The notes: generated by a model not told the origin, from the sequence alone. Counted from the first letter of the stretch, positions 13,405 through 27,331 are shown. The stretch: 64,000 nucleotides of DNA from Cenococcum geophilum (GCA_050273025.1 CP158635.1:15438001-15502000); one strand, 5' to 3'. Numbers and translations: made by a program.

Positions 13405-15008
13405 AGAGCTACTTGACATCACTTCTAGAAACAAGCAACATGGTGAACGGTATGGGTTATATCCTCGGAAGTCAGCAGATTCCGTTGAGGAGAAGCCCGA
13501 CGGTTCACTAGCTACGGCTTGAGAAATTTTGAGAAGGCCTCAAGCGCTTGCATCTCAGAAGCAAGTAGAGATGGCTATTTTGGAGCACGGGGAGGCGGAG
13601 AGGCGGAGAGGCGGGAGGACTGAGTTTTGGCAGGGTTGCGATTAGAGCCAGAGCTCCACCCGGCCGGACGGTAGCGTTATTAGCAAGTGATACGATACAT
13701 CTAGTCCAACAATATCCTCTTAGCAAAGAGCTCTTACCTTACGGGACTTTCCTGCATTGGCGTGCTACTGGCGCCTGGCTTGCGCCTCCCCTATACAGGT
13801 CTTAGCTCCATGACTATCAAGTACTGCTAATCCACTGGTCTGCGGCTTAGGCCTTACATGTACACAGAACTTTCCTTGATGGCTTATCTTCTACTAACGT
13901 CGGAAGAGCGCGGAATCATGTCGCATCATAGCCTAACACCACTCCTCGTCTGCAAAAAAAATGAAGTGAGATTCCCATACATCAGGCTAGTATCCCTCTT
14001 ATCAATTTCCCAAGCAGATACGCATTTTGATTTTATTCAACCATTTGTAATACGGCCTATCTGATATCTGGAATTCACAACAACCCAACCTTCATCTTCA
14101 CCTTTCCTACCAATTTAATGGCCCATCTCATGAGTTTAGTCTAACTTTGTTTTCTATGGCGTGCAGTTTGCGAGCATTCTTCGCGGAACGCTGAGCCGTC
14201 ATGTGGTCGGAATAACAGCACATCGTTGGAACATGTCCGAGGAAAGAATATCTGATCTCGGAAGAAATACAAGGCGAGGAGTCGGAATTTTACTTGTGGA
14301 CGAATGGCGAGACGAGTGAGAGGTCCAGAACTATAGTCACATGAAAAGTGTTATCCAATCACCATGATAATTTTCTGGTGGCGTGAGCCCTAGTGTGCTT
14401 AGATCCCGAGAATGGACTCCCTGAAAGCTAGTCTTCAATCGGCTAGAAAACCGCTCAAGTCTACCAAGCAAACTAACGAATAGACTCACGACGACATCGA
14501 CGAGCGTACACTCCAAGAGACCAACCGGTGGGTATACAAGAATACTGGAGGCTTTCACGAGAAAATACTTCAAAGGAAAAGAGTGGTCGGCTGAGGATAG
14601 CAGCCGGGAGCGGTCGATACATTGAGATCGAACGAAACCATTAGAACGAGCGTATCATCATCGATGAGGTGATGAAGCGGGCACCTTGAGCGAACCTGTT
14701 CAAGCTTTCTAACGAAGGGCGGAAGGGCTGCGACAGCAACCCAAGTGCATTGTCGCGTCATGGTATAATCACTAGCGAAATCGGCTTCCGCCCTTTCGTG
14801 CACTCAAACATTTTCCGCTGCTCACTAAGACGTTTAAGATTATACTAATCCACATGTAATTAGACCATTTAAATATGGATAACAGTGTCTATAAGTTCCG
14901 CCTGTGCCGTGACATTTCGTGAGATTATAGTCGAGCTGGGCATGCAATCTCAAAATGAAAACAAAACTTCTTGAAAAGTTCAATTTAACCCCAAGTGTTT
15001 GGTACGGA

Positions 15009-15726
15009 ATGGCCCACAAAACGCCAGAGTTTGAGAAGATTATACGAAAGGCAATGACGGAATGGAAGGTACCTGGACTCGTCATCGGCGTGATACAAAG
15101 GGACGAAATATAAGCAAAGGTAACGACTGCTATTTCTTTTGTGCCTGCTCCAACCAAGTATGCTGAACCTCACTCACCTGACATAGGGCTATGGACTTGC
15201 ACGAATTCCTGACGAGAGCGCAACAGCCGACACGCTCTTCGACTGCGCTAGCACGGCAAAATCCTTCACTGCTGCAGCCGTTGCACTCCTCGTGCACGAC
15301 TGTGACAAATTCCCGGATACGAAGTGGACGACGCCAGTGTCGAGGCTGCTGCGAGATGATTTCGTGCCTGCGGGTCTGCAGTACACGGAAAATGTCATTA
15401 TTGAAGATATTTTGAGTCATCGAAGTGGTATGCCTGGGTATGTATTCCACTGCCTCCTTATGCACGATTACCGTGCTCTAATGACGATTACAATTTGTTC
15501 AGGCATGACGAGTCCTATCTAGGCATCAACTCAGCGACTCCCGACACCCCCAAGTCTGTGACGCGGAATCTCCGGAATCTCTCCGTGTGCCGCCCCCTGC
15601 GAAGCGAATATCAGTACTGTAATATGATGTACACGGCCGCCAGCTGCATAGTCGAAGTCCTCAACGGCGAGCAGTTTGCCGAATTCTTGCAGAGCCGGAT
15701 CTGGGATCCACTGCAAATGTCAAACG
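15009..15726 (+). pseudogene. Beta-lactamase/AmpC-like serine hydrolase, 5' half (interrupted by hAT)
   Basis: MAHKTPEFEKIIRKAMTEWKVPG with a premature TAA at 15111. Introns 15120-15186 and 15438-15502. SxxK (ASTAKSF), ILSHRSG, YxN (YQYCN); ends IWDPLQMSN at the insertion. Confidence 0.88.
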
Positions 15727-16280
15727 GCAGTGATCTTTTTGGACTGGAGCCAATATGGAGCTCCAGGACGGACTGAGGCTTGGCCTGGAGTGGATCTAAG
15801 TAATTTGATTGGTGGATGGAGTGGATCTAAGGTAGTGGAGCTCTTGGAGCTCCAAACCCTATACCTAATTAGGAGGGAGGAAAGAACATTATATTATCAG
15901 TGCGTAGGATTAGCCAATTGGGGGCTTGCGTAATGGCGCAGTGTTCTTAATAGCTAGTATTAGCCACCTAATCTAAAACCCCTAGGTACACCTTAGCCCC
16001 TACCGCCGCTATTATCGCCCTTTTTACCTCCCTCCCTTAGTATTACCACTTGTTCTTTTAGTGTTGTTCCTTACTAACTAATATGGAACGATTCTTCCCT
16101 ATCCGTATACCTGCCTTAGATAATATCCTTATTACTCCTAAAGGAATTAACCTAAACGGAACTAACGCGTTAAGAAAGGTAGAGGAATTTAAGCTAAACG
16201 GCAAGCAATATATTTGGTGTCACGCCCTAATAAAGGGCCCTAAAAATACTAAACTGTGAACGTTACCGATATAGCGATAG

Positions 16281-19200
16281 TGTAACGGAACCTTGTAGCA
16301 AGAACTACGGTGGGTTCGTTATTGGGCTAGGTGTGTAGGAAATGCAAGTACAGAAGTTAACAACGTAATAATAACTGGTGGAGTGGTTGCCTAACAGATT
16401 AACTCTAATTATATTCTAAGAATCACTATAAGGAAGGAACTATCTAGGTAGGGACTAAGGGTCCTTAAATACATAACCGTACTCCTATAAAATCCTTCTT
16501 ATATATAATATACGTGTGCTTTATTTACTCTATTACGGATTATATAGATCCTATAGATTATATAGATTATATCACGTGACCTTAGTTACTATTCCTTATT
16601 ATATAGCTCTATTGGTTTTATTTTAGACCGTGCCTAGATTAACTAACTAGCTTCTTTTAACTCTTCTTTAAGTAGTCGTAATATTGTACTTAAAGCGTCC
16701 GTAACACTATCTCCCTCTCTATTTTTGTCCTTAAAGATTTTAAATATCTTTAAGTTATTTACTAGAGGTGTAATATCCGTCTAATTAATTTAGTTAATAT
16801 TATTACTTATTATACCTAAAGCAATTTCTTTTTCTTTAACTGCTTGTCGCGTTCGCACTATTACTATAATATTATCTCTTAGTAAGATTATATCGTCTCC
16901 GTATTCTCGCTATTTAAAAGAGGGGTTAGTTTATATTGCGTTAGTAAGTCTATCTTTATAATAACTGTCCTCTTGCTTAAAGTATACTAAAGTAAATATT
17001 TGTTTATCCTATAATGTTCGCTTTATCTCTAATACAGAATATACGCGGCCTATTACTCTTAATAGTTATCTAGTTCCCTAATTAATTTATTTTAGGGTTT
17101 TGTGTTTAATTTATTACTGTATAGCTAAATAATAAACTATCTATTACTCTAGCAGAGTTACGCTATTCCTATAACGTAGAACGGGAGGCTACTAATGCTT
17201 AGTAATGGGCTCTTAAGTCTTATCTTGCGGCGTCCGCTTACTTAATCTATCTTAAAAAGGTTTATAAAAAGGTCCGTTTTAAAGAGTAAAAACTTATAGA
17301 ATAGGGTCTATAGGAACTTAGTAATAAAAAAACGGATTCTCTTTTAATAAAGAAGGAAATAGATCTAAGTAGTTCGGCAACTACTCTTCTTAGGTCCCCC
17401 TTAAGTGGCTTATTCTTTAGTAATTCTTTTTTATTAATACTACCTAACCTAATTTCTTCCGATACTTCTATACCTTTTTTATAGTATTCTTTAAATTTTC
17501 TAGTGGTTCCTAAGTAGTCTTATTATAGCCTATCTACTTAACCTTATACTATATTTTATTGTTAATGTCCTTATAACTAATAATCTTTAAAACTTACTAT
17601 TTATCTTCTTTCTATCCTCTATACGTGTCCGCTTTATAGGTTAGTGGCTTAATATTCTTATATACTAGCTTTAGTATTACAATATACTATATAGGGTAGA
17701 TCTTTATTTTAGCTAGTAGGTTTAACTTAAACATAACCAGTAAAATCCTTTAGGTGATTTTAAAAGGTCCTAGTCTAACATAGTTTAACTTCTTACTTAG
17801 TTATTAACTCTTAAAATTTTTATATAGTAGCTATACTTTATCTCCCTCCTTAAGATCTAGTCCCTTAAATCTCTTAGTATTATAGTACTTTTTTATTCTC
17901 TCTTATACTTTCTTTGCTAATTCTATAAGGTCTATATAAAGATTTATTAATATCTTTATTCTCTCTTTAGCTATGCTACTCGTTTTCTTTACTTACTATA
18001 GTAATAACGATATTCTTAGCTTATATCCATAATTTGCCTTAAATAGTAATATGCCTATCCCTTCTTATAGTGTTATATTATATATAAACTATATAACTAG
18101 TAATAGTAATACCTAATTATTTTATATATAATTAATATAATACCTTAGATACTGTTTTAGTATCTAATTTAATCTTTCCGTCTAACCGTCTGTCTACAGA
18201 TAATACGTAGTAGAAGTTACTACTTAAACTCCTTATTCCGCTAAGAATACCTCTTAAAATACTGCTATAAATCTTAGATCTCTATCTAATATAATTTTAC
18301 TTAGTGCTCCGTGTCTTATAAACACTTCTTTAATATAGATTCTAGCGATATCTTCCGCTAAGATATCTTCCGTATATACTATAAAGTATCCCTACTTTAT
18401 AAGCTTATCTACTATTACTAAGATTACGTTATAGTCTTATCCGGTAATAGGATTTTTTAACTTTAGTAACTTAATAATAAAGTCCTATAATATGACCTCC
18501 TATAGTCTCTCTGGTGTTTTAATAGGTTGTAGCCCTCTATATAGCTTATGCCTTATTAGTTTATTCCTCTAGCAATCTAGATATTCTTTTATAACTTTTT
18601 ATGTTAAGCCCTAAATTCTATTAATAATATACTCCTTTTAGAGTCTTAATACTAAGCCTGTTGCTCTATTATGTCCTTAAGTTAATCCCTTATAGAACTC
18701 CTCTATAAATTACTTCGCTATACTTCTTAGGATATACTTTACTTTTTAATTTTCGTATATATCTGCCTATAGATCTTCTAGCTATACTTCTAGAATTCTT
18801 TATACCTAAAAGCTTTTTAGTAACTTATAAATCCTCTCTAATTCCTTCTAAGTTACTATAATTTTTAGATAATTATATCTAATTAATCCGTCTATATCTT
18901 TTCGCAGTAAAGCCCCTAATAGCTTTTTATTATTCTGTAGTTTAGCCTTTTAACTTAGAGTATCTGCCCTTATATTATCTATACCTTTAGTATACTAAAT
19001 CTTAAAATGGTATTCTATAAGTATCTCTACCTATTTAACCTATCTTTAGTTAAGTTCCTTTATTATTAGGAATCCTATTAGATTCTTATAATCCGTCTTA
19101 ACTATAAATAGTTTCTCTATACCTTATAAGAATGCTCTTTATTTCTTTAATACTGTAACTATACCTAATAACTCCTTATTATAAATGTTATAGTTTAACT

Positions 19201-22200
19201 CTAGTAGTATTATCTTCCGACTATAGTATACTACTAGGTGCTATCTATCTTAATGTTTTTATATAAAGTATGCCCTTAATATATAGTCTAATACATCCGT
19301 TTCTACAACTGTCTTTAGTCCTAGTTAATAGATCTTAAGAACTAGCTCCTAGGTAAAGATCTCCTTAACTTATTTAAATAATTTCCGCTGCTCTTCTCCC
19401 TATACCTATAGTTTTTCTTTCTTCGTTAATTGCGTAAATAGTTTAATATCCTTTAACTATTATGCTATAAACCTTCTATAGTAATTACAAAACCCTAGAA
19501 ATAATCTTAACTGCGTAACGTTCTCTAGTTCTTGCCAATTTACTATAGCCTCAATCTTCTTTAGATCTATACTAAGTTAGCCTAGTTTAATAATAAATTT
19601 AATAAAATCGGTCTTCCTAGTAAAGAACTCGTATTTCTTAATTACTACTAGCATCTATTCTTCTTATAGTCTCTTTAAGACCTATTTAATATATTCTCTA
19701 TATTCTTCCTTAGTTATTAAGTAGATAATAATATTGTTAAGATATGCTATAATAAATTCATTTAAGTGTTCTTTTAATATATTATTAATACGCTTCTAAA
19801 ACGTTGCTAGTGCGTTTATAAGCCTAAATTGTATAACTAATAGTTTATATAGTCCTTTCTTTAACCTAAAGGCTGTCTTCTATTTATTGCCTTCCTTAAT
19901 CCGGATCTAATGGTACGCCTATCTTAGATCTATCTTTATAAAGATTTATACGTTGCCTATCCTATCTTAGATTTCGCTAATTAAGGGTAAAGGATACCTA
20001 TCCTTCTAAGTAATACTATTTAACTATTTATAGTTGATGTATAACCTTAGTTTACTACTTTTCTTTAGTATGAATAGTACTGGATAACCTGCTAATAACT
20101 ATAATGGTCTAATATATCCCTTTTATAAGTTTTCCTAGAGTTTCTTACCGTACTTATAGTATCTCTTTAGTATATAGCTTAGCCCTTTTTCTATTTCTTT
20201 ATAGGTCGCCCCTACTTAGTACTATACTAACTTAGCTTGTTATTATATCTTATAGCGTTAAATATCTCTAATATTGGCTTAACCTATAATCTAATTAATC
20301 CTTAAATTATATTTCTGTAACTAAGGCATTCCTAGTACTGCCTTATTATTCCCTAATAGTAATATATTAAAAGACATCTTAATCTGTCTCCCTTTAATAG
20401 TTAACTAAATAGGTCCTATTTTAAGATTAATAATCCCCCCTCTATAGGCTATTAGATCTCCTAAAATCGTAACTAATAGGTAAGGTTGTTCCATCTGTCT
20501 ATAAGGTAATCCTATTCTTTTAACTACTACTAGTAAGATATGGTTTCGTATTACTCTACTATCTATTAGCGCTTCGAACTACTAATCTTACTATTTAACT
20601 TATAAATTTAGGTGTTGTCCTTAAATTCCTTTAAGGGTCTAAGGCTCTACTACTAGCTCCTCTAGTTCTGTAGGCCTCCACTTTTCCTAACTATTAGCTG
20701 CTTAATCCTGTTATACTTAGCTTATTCTTTAGCTAATACTTAGTTCGCTTTTTGTCTTTAATATACTATAGATACGTATTCTCTAGGTATTTCCACCACT
20801 ATTATCTATTTAAGTATTCTTCTATAAGGAATCTTTCTAGTTAAAGTATTAAGTCCCCTAACTCCTAAACTTCTACTAGGTGCTAACTATATATATACTT
20901 AGCGTTTCTATATTTTGCCTTATTTAATAATTAATATATTCTTACTAGGTACTTTTAGTTCTTATCTTTTAGTACTCTATATATATTATACGCATTATCT
21001 ATATATATAATCTATACTAATATATAATATGCTAGGTATTTTAGGTTAACTCTTAATTTGTTTTTATCCTTAAGTTTAAACCTCTCTTGTATTAATCTAA
21101 GCGTTACGACTTTATTTATAGGTACTATAATTTGCCTCTCGCTTCTCTAGTCCTCTAATTACTACTCTAGATCCTTTAACGTTATAATTAAGGCTCCTTT
21201 AATATAACTTATAGCCTTTTCTGTAATTAGGTGGTCTTAAATAACTTTTTTATCTAACTATATATAGAAATCTTCCTACTTATTATTATGTTGTTGTCTA
21301 TACCACTTTTAGTATAACTCTTTAAGTATATACGGCTTGTCCGTAAGGAAGTATCTTCTTATTACTATATTATAATAGCCCTTTATATATTATTCCTTAA
21401 ACTTAGTAGGAATTCCTAAATTCTCTTCTTATTCCAGTTTGGTAAGCTACTTAGCCCTTAATATACCTGCCCTAGGCCTATTAGTAATTTGTTGTACTAG
21501 TACTATATTCCTTATACGTCCTAATATACTAGATCTCTTATCTAGTTTCTGTTCTTGCTATACAATAATTTTTTGCCTAAACTCTTCTATGGTTTCCTTT
21601 GGTTTATATCTTGCTAATAAATCCTTAAAGTTCTCTTACTTCTTAATCTTAGTATTAACTCTTTAATCTTTAGGCCGAATACTGTATTCTCCTAGTAAGT
21701 CTTCTAGGTCTATATATCTATCTCCTAGTTTAGTTACTATTTACGCTATAGATTCTCTAATCTATAAAGAAGCCTCTTACCTCTTATTTATAGGTGCCCT
21801 AATTTATGCTCTGAATTCTTAGTCCTTTAGATTCTTTAGTTTTGAGCTTACTTCTTTCTTAAGCCTTGCTCCTGCCTTAGTCTAACTAGGCTTACTTAGT
21901 ATTCTTATCTCGTCTTAAGAGTCTTAAATCTTATTTATCTTGTCTTAAGAGTCTTATGCCTGTGGGAAACTCTGTCCTAAGCTTATTTATATATCTTTAA
22001 ACTAAGCTGCTGCTCTACTCCATCGGTTATTATCTGTTGTGGGTCCTTAAGCTTGCCTTATCTCGTCTTAAGAATCTTAGTCTTTTGGCCTTTTACCTTT
22101 ATTGAGTGCCGAAGTAGCTCGCTGTCCTACTTCCCTTACGTCTTACGAAGTGATAGACATCGTGTTTAGTGGGGTCTTAATCCCTACTAATGTTCCCTAT

Positions 22201-24091
22201 TCTATAGTGGAATTATCCTCTACCTTTTATATAACATCTCTAAGGTCTACGTGCTCCTAGTAAGCCGCCTTTATTGCCTTATCGTTATAAAGTGTTTTAC
22301 CTACGTTAAATTTATTGTCCTTAATGTCTAATCTATAAACTAGTTTATTAGTTCCTCTATACTTTGTAGATTTTAGCTCCTATAGCCAATAGCTTGCGCT
22401 GTACTTAGCGTCTTTATAAATTTAGTATATGTTATTATAGCAAAACGCAAAACTTCTAATTAAATATTCTTTTATTCCTTGTAGTACACTATTTTCCCTC
22501 TATACGTATATATCTTTTACTGTTAGTTAGGTTCCCTTTATTGCATAATATCTCTAACTATCTTTATAATCCCTTATAAAATAGCCTTATTTCCCGTAAT
22601 TTATATAAGCTCCTTCTTTAAACTATTAACTTTGCTATAGAGTCCGCCTAAACATCTTCTGCTGTTAAAATCCCTGGTTTAGCCTCTGCTCCTTAATTCT
22701 ATAATTACTAGATCCTTAACCTCTAAATTTTTATAGTTATTTACTCTATCTTTTATAGGCTTCTTTAGTACTACTTAGGTCTATTAGCTCTGCGTTATAC
22801 TATGGTTTCTAACTTAGCTTTAGTTGTTATATACTCTGCGCCTTATATAACTATAGAACTCTATCCTAGCCTCTCTTAGCCTGTTCCCTTTGGTAGATCT
22901 AATTATTAATCTTAATTACTTAATCTATTAGTTCCCTTAGGGTATCCGCATCTTCTATTAGGATAATTATATTCTGGACTTTAGCCTTAAGTCCTTATTT
23001 ATACTATACCATAAGCGCCCTATTATTCCACTTTATTTACGTTGCTAATGTCTAGAACTACGTTATGTATTTAATTGCTAAAGTTTATTACATAATATTT
23101 TAGAGTTTTTTTTTGCCGTAGTTGTCGCTTCCGGGTCTCTAAATATTTACATAAGTCGTTTTATAAATCCATTCTAGCTTAAGAACATAAACCGTACTTC
23201 TTGGTTTATAGTTGTTATTCCGTTTACCTAGATTTCTATAAGGTAAGGCTTAAACTACTTAAGTGCCCTTCCTGTTAAGAATAGTCCCGTATATGCTATT
23301 TAATCTATAGGCGTTGCTAGCTTGGCTCCTTCCTGCGCTACCTTAAAGTGTATTTACGTAAGGAATCCTTTAAGCTTTAATCTCTCTTCTAAGTATCTTT
23401 CGATCGATAGTAACTTAACCTTTGCTGCGCCTATCCTATTAATCCTATTTTCTAACGTTATATTATTTTCTATTAGCTAGTTAACTATCTCTTATAGTTA
23501 TCTAACCGTTATAGGTTGCTATAAGTTAGTATCTATTATACTAGTGTCGTTACCTAACCTTAAAGTAGTTGCCGCCGTTAATAGCGTTATAGCTGGTGCT
23601 TTTAGTGGCATATTATTTAACTTTCTATATTTAATACTATAACTAGGTAGTGATTATATAACGGAACCTTATAGTAAGAACTACGGTGGGTTTATTATTA
23701 GGCTAGGTGTATAAGAAATGCAAGTATAGAAGTTAACAACGTAATAATAATTAGTGGAGTAGTTGCCTAATAGATTAACTCTAATTATATTCTAAGAATT
23801 ACTATAAGGAAGGAACTATCTAGGTAGGGATTAAGGGTCCTTAAATATATAACCGTATTCCTATAAAATCCTTCTTATACGTAATGTACGTATACTTTAT
23901 CTACTCTATTATAGATTATATAGATTATATAGATTATATAGATTATATAGATTACGTTACATAACTTTAGTTACTATTCCTCGTTATATAGCTCTATTGG
24001 TTCTATCCTAGACTATACCTAAATTAACTAACTAGCTTCTTGTAACTCTTCTCTAAGTAGTTGTAATATTGTACTTAAAGCGTCCGTAATA
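16281..24091 (-). mobile_element. Gypsy/Ty3 chromovirus-type LTR retrotransposon, near full-length, RIP-inactivated (copy 1)
   Basis: LTRs 16281-16706 and 23657-24091; 5-bp TSD GATAG/GACAG. PPT (AGAGAGGGAGATAG on minus) abuts 16707. Degenerate minus-strand motifs: gag CCHC ~22600, protease ALIDS ~20570, RT AYLNNII (=YLDD) ~19740, integrase, and chromodomain-like T*EP ~17510. Confidence 0.93.
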
Positions 24092-25130
24092 GACAGGGGG
24101 AGGATATTTAAGAGAAGAACGGTAATGGGAAGGACTAGTACTACTACTGCTATTTTTATAAGTAATTAAAACGTTAATAGGAGCTTATAATTATCTTAAC
24201 TAAAAGAACTACTGCCCTAGATTACCTTTATAATAATTATAATATAAATAGAACTATAGGTAAGCTTAATTAAGAAGGTCCTTAATCCTTAAACTAACTA
24301 ACGATTGCATAATATCTATATAAAAGGTCGCTTAATTTAAATCGCAATTTCCAGATCTTTAAGGACTTACTTATTTAATGGATTATCTACTACTATATTA
24401 CCTTCTTTTAATTTAAGAATATCTACTTCTATTAGCTTCTAAACTTCCTATATTTTAGCCTTAATAGATTTTTACTAAATATAGGTAATATAATTCGCGG
24501 CTAGGTTACCAACGCCTTTATAAATAGGAAGAATTAGTTAAGGATAGAGCTGTATAACGCCCTTAGCGCTATATTAATATCCTTTAATCTTTAAACGTTA
24601 CTAAACGCCTATATAATTCTTAGTGTTATTACCTACTTTATTAATAAGTAAAAAAGGCGGCGGAACGTAGTTCTAGGGCTTTATAAGATTATTAGTAAAT
24701 ATACTAGTAAAAATATAGCGGCTATTCTGCTTAAGGTGTTTAAGGACTATATAATTAGCGGTAATATTAGATATTTTATAGCTAATAACGTGGACTTAAA
24801 TAATACCTATATAGATGTAATCCTTTAAGCCTTATATTTAGATATATCGTTAAAGAAATAAAAGGCTCGTTATCTTCGCTGCTTTAGCTATATTATTAAC
24901 CTCTATATATAGGCTTTTATTATAGGGAAGGACGTAAAGAAGGTCTATAAGGAGCTAGCAACTACCTATCGCGAAATAGATTTTAAGAAGGTAGATAAGC
25001 TTTAGAAGAAGCGCGGGGCGGTTAGATTAATACATAACCTTATTTAATATATTTAAAACGGCCCTTAGTATCGCGGCTTCTTTAGAAGGATTAAGATAGG
25101 TAGTTTCTTAGCAGAATTTAATGGCTTAGA

Positions 25131-25257
25131 TATTAGGTGACAAAGTCACCTCGCCTATATATATTGTTCCGCACAGCCGTGTCTGGTATCAAGCTAGTCA
25201 CTCGTTTACCTTTTATGGGTTTGTGTGGCTAAGTGGTACGGAGCTTATCACCTCACA
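25131..25257. mobile_element. Solo LTR (127 bp) inside the hAT transposase
   Basis: Ends TATTAGGTGA...TCACCTCACA (TG>TA by RIP), flanked by 5-bp TSD TTAGA. Confidence 0.8.
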
Positions 25258-26119
25258 TTAGAGCTAAGTTTATTAGATTTTTTACTATAGTAGAACTGCG
25301 GAGGCTCTCTAATTAGCTGCGGTAGTAGATTATCTTTAATCCTATTCTAACGACTTTAAAATCGCCTAGTTTTTTTTAACCATTTTCCTATATCGCGACT
25401 TTTTTAGAATTATTTGGTAGAATATTAGAGGCGCTCTAATTAGCTTCTTTAGTAATTATATTAGCCTAGTCGTAATATTTATATCTATGTCTTATTTATT
25501 AAAAGCGATACTAATTATTTTATAGCTTATTTAAAATAATTAAATGCATTAGAACTCGCTTTTCTTAGCTATATCTTGCTTTCTTAATTATAAGGAATAA
25601 ATTTAGAAGTTTTATACTAACTATATACCCCCCCTAAACTTAAAAAAGCTTACTAGCGACAATAAACTTAAGCCGCGCTACTAGTAAGAGCTTTTATATT
25701 TATATAATTACCTTAAGACGTTCTATAAGGCTACTCTTATAGTAGAAGGTAATAATACTAGCTTTACCAATTATTTCTAGATACTTAATTAGCTACTACT
25801 TAAGCTTAAAAAGTTAAAGAATAAGTTTCTTTAGCTCTAAGTTAATAAACCAAGGTCTCCTTAAGTAAAGAATTTTTACTACTTAGCTAGCTACACGGAG
25901 GAAGTATAGCAGAAGGCTAAAAAGTACTATAATAAGGCGGATAAAACGGCAGCTTATTACATAGTAATCGTTCTAAATCTAACTCTTAAGATATAGTAGT
26001 TTAGGCTAGAATAGGGTTCTTATAAAGTAAAGAAGACGTAAATCTCTACAGTTAAGTAGGTAGTAAGGGAGCTTTAGGTTAAATATAAAAGTAAAGGCAA
26101 GCGTTAATTATCCTTAGTA

Positions 26120-26231
26120 GGGCTTCATAAAATCGGCCTCTACACCTCCACGCGGTAGAGCCCAGGAACCTGGCAGTACTATTGATATTCCGTTAGGATC
26201 GTATCAATAGACTACCAGAGCAAACGCAGAG
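26120..26231 (+). ncRNA. Putative HDV-like self-cleaving ribozyme (RIP-damaged)
   Basis: P1 GGGCTTC(26120-26126)/AGAGCCC(26157-26163); P2 CTCTAC(26138-26143)/GCAGAG(26226-26231); P3 ACC/GGT around L3 TCCACGC; GG at 26165-26166 for P1.1; P4 hairpin 26170-26218; J4/2 AGCAAAC with candidate catalytic C26221. Confidence 0.7.
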
Positions 26232-27137
26232 ACGTCCGTACGGCTGCGCACCGCTGGCGCTACAACGGGTGATCGCGAAGAAAGAAGTTTCTATTAGGAG
26301 GGTGAGCCCCAATAAGGCTTCAGGAACACGACCAACTTATCTTCACATACAGTCGACCTGCTCGAATCACGGCATCTAAATTGGCGTCCTCCTTCTACAC
26401 AGCATAGCATGCTATACTGCACGACCCTATATAGTATATACGTACCCTTATAGGCTAAAGCCCGCAATAAGCCTCTTTATCTACCTACCTTCCAAAAGCC
26501 TCTCGTCTATTACCTTTTAAGGCCTCTTATCTACCCGCCTTTATTATTACCTAATAGCTTAGACTTACCGCACGCGGTATATATCCTCCTTTATATTATA
26601 AAGGACTTAGGTTAGGGCCCTAGGAGAAGACACCTAGCACCAATTACTATCCTATTATTTTAGTTTTAAAAAAGGTCATATAGGACTGTCTATCTCTCGC
26701 ACGGCACGAACAGGTCATAGTCCATTTCAAATATATCGATTGTGGGGGGTGTAGGCCTATAGGGCGGGATCCAGGCGATATCCTAGTGTTTATAAGGCTT
26801 TTTAGGCCTAAACTTTAGAGATCTGGCCTGAATCCTACCTAGTGCCCCTAATGGAATAGCCCGCCGCTAGACCTAAACAGGACTATAAGTAACTAATCTA
26901 ATATACATTATAAGGGAGGTAGGTAGGTAAAAAGAATAACCTATTAAGTGCAGTTGCAAGCGATAATGTTATTAACTATATTGAATATTTAGTTGAATAC
27001 CTAAGTTGCAGGGTTTTCGGCCAAGTAATGTATAGACACGTGATATCTATCTCTCGTATGGCATAAATAGGTTATAGTCCATTTCAAATATATTAATTGT
27101 GGGGGGTATAGGCCTATAGGGCGGGATCTAGGCGATA

Positions 27138-27331
27138 TGTAAGCTTTGCAGTGTGTGGGAATTAAACGAGCGACTTAATTGTAAATCTATGGAAATCAAG
27201 TGGTATAAATACATGAAAGTAGACCCCTAACTCCAAAGCCCATAAGTCATTTAAACCATATCCAAGACATACGAGGGTAGTGCTAACGCAGATGAAACAG
27301 GGTAATATACAAGGTCCGGTAGTCGGTTACA
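27138..27331. mobile_element. Solo LTR (194 bp) inside the Ngaro B1 repeat
   Basis: TGTAA...TTACA ends and 5-bp TSD CGATA. Removing it restores colinearity with the B2 repeat. Confidence 0.88.
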
